From the NCBI GenBank assembly GCA_038861395.1, contig JAWCDE010000001.1, positions 9,144 through 73,143 on the forward strand: DNA of 64,000 bases, read 5' to 3'. This stretch comes from Thermoproteota archaeon (GTDB lineage: Archaea > Thermoproteota > EX4484-205 > JAAOZP01). Below are positions 62,016 to 64,000 of the stretch, piece by piece. The translations under genes were made by a program, and so were the position numbers. The stretch's first letter is position 1. Every line of letters starts with the position of its first letter. Under the pieces are notes generated by a model that was not told the origin of the DNA, ran no database searches, and worked only from the letters and a program-made list of their open reading frames with translations.

Positions 62016-62534
62016 ATGAAGCTAGTACTGAGACTCGGGTTGTTTTTGATCTTGATATCTTTGACATTGATAATTGCGCGTCAACCTTTTTTCAACATTC
62101 CTGGAGGTTTCATTACGGAGCCGTACATGAGAAATGGCGCTATATCAATAGACAATTTCTTCTTTACCCGTGCGTCAAGTATTACTCTTTCTGTGGAGCT
62201 TCCTAGGAATGTTAATTCGACCCTTTTATTCTTAACCACCCAGGGGGAAATAAATGATTACTTGCAGAATCGGTTTCCAACTGGGGTTAGGACAAGCCGG
62301 TACTCGGGTTCTTTCACCACTACTCTCCAGATAGAGCAGAGGGGTGTTCACGCTATTGTTTTAAATTTCAGTAGTCCTATTCAGTCTTTGAGCTTAAAGC
62401 TTTTTTCTCAAGGTGTTTCAGAATCGGAATACACGGATATGCTTATTGTCCTTATTATCGGGATTTTACTGTTATCGTCCTCCCTCTTCCTTAAAAAATT
62501 AAAGCCGATGCTCGCCATGAAAAAGATATTGTGA
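62016..62534 (+). CDS. Membrane-anchored extracytoplasmic protein, hypothetical
   Basis: 172 aa; N-terminal signal/TM and C-terminal TM; NxS/T sequons. Confidence 0.35.
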   Translation: MKLVLRLGLFLILISLTLIIARQPFFNIPGGFITEPYMRNGAISIDNFFFTRASSITLSVELPRNVNSTLLFLTTQGEINDYLQNRFPTGVRTSRYSGSFTTTLQIEQRGVHAIVLNFSSPIQSLSLKLFSQGVSESEYTDMLIVLIIGILLLSSSLFLKKLKPMLAMKKIL

Positions 62535-62585
62535 GAGTTGGCATTCGTTTAAAGCATTAGTAAAAATAATCTTTTTTTTACAAGT

Positions 62586-63680
62586 TTAACGCATGTTGCT
62601 TAATATGGTTTTGAATGATTTGAGGAAGTATTCTATTTCCCTTCTCCCTTCGTATCCGACGTTTCCTATCCTAGTGGTTTCATCTCTTAATCTACCCATT
62701 CCTCTCGCGATAAGTATTCCATACTCCTCATATAGTTTTTTAATTGCTCTAGGAGCATCGAAACTCTTGTTTTTAAAAACTATTATTGATATGGATCGAT
62801 AACCCTTCTCCTGCGGGAAGATTTCAAACCCTTCAGATTCTAAGAACTCGTATATCATTTCAGCATTCTCCCTGTGTCTCCCTATCCTCCCCTCATACCC
62901 TTCTTCCTTAAGTATGTTAAGAGCTTCAGCCATACCGTATAACAGTGTGACGGCGGGGGTAAATGGTGTTTCCCTCTTCAAATGAAACTTGTGCAGTTTC
63001 TCAATGTCGAGGTAAAAGCTTCTCCTCCGCGGATTGCTCAAACCCTTTTCCAAGGCTCTCTCGCTTACCGATACGAAGGATAATCCGGGAGGCCCTCCAA
63101 GCCCTTTCTGACTGGCTGTCACGCAGACATCGACACGCCACTTATCAGTGTAAAAAGGCTCTACGCCAAGGTCTGAAACAGTATCTGCGAAAATAAGTAT
63201 ATCCTTGTTTCCAATAGCGTTACGTATCTCTTCCATCATTCTGAATGTCACGCCAGTAGAGGTCTCATTATGCACTATGAAGATGCTCTTTACATCTTCT
63301 TTCTCGATTGTGTTGATTATTTCCCTTAAGCTAGGGACTCTCCCCCACTCCGCCTTAACAATAACCGGCTTAGCACCAACTTTTATAGCATTCTCTACGG
63401 CTCTTTCTGTAAAATCTCCGAAGTCAGGTATCAGAATTTTCTCTCCTTCATAAACGAAGTTTTGAAAAACCATGTCTACTCCAGCAGTCCCTGAGCCGCT
63501 TATAATGTAAACGTTATTCTCGGTCTGGAAAGCATACTTTAATCCATTTTCTATCTCTTCGTAAAGCTTGTGGAATTCCTCCCCCCTGTGATTTATTATA
63601 GGCTTAGCCATAGTCTTCAAAACCCTCTCAGGAAGCGTTATCGGACCGGGTATGAGTAGCATAGGTGTCTTCTGGAGCAT
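62586..63680 (-). CDS. Class V aminotransferase (serine–pyruvate/alanine–glyoxylate aminotransferase family)
   Basis: 364 aa; PGPITLPERV N-terminus; PLP-lysine region TASQKGLGGPPG. Confidence 0.7.
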   Translation of the reverse strand: MLQKTPMLLIPGPITLPERVLKTMAKPIINHRGEEFHKLYEEIENGLKYAFQTENNVYIISGSGTAGVDMVFQNFVYEGEKILIPDFGDFTERAVENAIKVGAKPVIVKAEWGRVPSLREIINTIEKEDVKSIFIVHNETSTGVTFRMMEEIRNAIGNKDILIFADTVSDLGVEPFYTDKWRVDVCVTASQKGLGGPPGLSFVSVSERALEKGLSNPRRRSFYLDIEKLHKFHLKRETPFTPAVTLLYGMAEALNILKEEGYEGRIGRHRENAEMIYEFLESEGFEIFPQEKGYRSISIIVFKNKSFDAPRAIKKLYEEYGILIARGMGRLRDETTRIGNVGYEGRREIEYFLKSFKTILSNMR

Positions 63681-63736
63681 TTTCTCGACGAGTGGTTTAA
63701 AACCGGTTTATAACCTTTCCGGGTTTTCCAGAGAAT

Positions 63737-64000
63737 CTAAAACCATTTAGTAAAACCCGTCTCCTGTTCATAAGCATACGATATTCTCAGTAGCGTCGCT
63801 TCGTCAAAATGGTTCCCTATTAATTGCAGCCCAACAGGCAGCGAATCTACGAAGCCCGCTGGAATACTTATTGCAGGCAGCCCCGCTAGGTTAACGGCAA
63901 CGGTTTCAATATCCATCATATACATGTCTAGAGGAGAAGGGAATTCCCCTATCTTCCATGGGAGAACCGGCATTGTCGGCGTTGCTAAAGCATTGTAGTT
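63737..64000 (-). CDS. Amidase-signature enzyme, C-terminal end only (GatA-like); gene continues beyond the window end
   Basis: GLPAISIPAGF...LPVGLQLIGNHFDEATLLRISYAYEQ. Confidence 0.5.
   Translation of the reverse strand, partial: NYNALATPTMPVLPWKIGEFPSPLDMYMMDIETVAVNLAGLPAISIPAGFVDSLPVGLQLIGNHFDEATLLRISYAYEQETGFTKWF

Noticed and set aside
1-64000. CRISPR arrays, IS elements and integrases
   Set aside because: No short regularly spaced direct repeats, no transposase or integrase-like ORFs and no terminal inverted repeats were seen. The only sizeable repeats are the cassette flanks at 18162-20090.

Overview
This 64-kb window appears to come from a thermophilic archaeal chromosome of about 49% GC, densely packed with genes. 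Gene content points to a TACK-type lineage. rpoB is unsplit. rpoA appears to be one fused 1282-aa A'/A'' ORF. A PolD small-subunit (DP1) gene is present. I recall an unsplit rpoA being reported for Korarchaeota, but I cannot verify that here.

Most of the window is conserved informational machinery:
- the S12–S7–NusA–L30e–RpoA–RpoB–RpoH block and EF-1alpha;
- an exosome 'superoperon' (Pop5, proteasome alpha, SBDS, Rrp4/41/42, L37ae, Pcc1-like, prefoldin beta);
- two proteasome beta paralogs and aCPSF1;
- family-B DNA polymerase, PolD DP1, FEN-1, GlyRS, Pth2, EndA, RtcA, Alba and an RPA-like multi-OB protein;
- four tRNAs, one of them (Tyr) carrying a roughly 45-nt intron.

The accessory material is:
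- a VapBC pair with a clear operator inverted repeat;
- a wHTH-nucleotidyltransferase followed by a frameshifted HEPN gene;
- HicA with a start-less HicB-like remnant;
- a membrane-anchored GH10 xylanase;
- a flavin mini-cluster with two RibK paralogs and RibL;
- several ABC/ECF transporters and secreted, sequon-rich proteins.

The most unusual feature sits between tuf and guaB. A convergent two-gene cassette of unknown function (X, 152 aa; Y, about 197 aa) is present in two copies (Y twice, X once plus an 84-nt 3' remnant). The copies share 84-nt and roughly 155-nt flanks at near-100% nucleotide identity, while their ~0.5-kb Y-gene cores are only about 40% identical at protein level. This mosaic looks like cassette exchange or gene conversion. 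No CRISPR array or classical IS element was seen.
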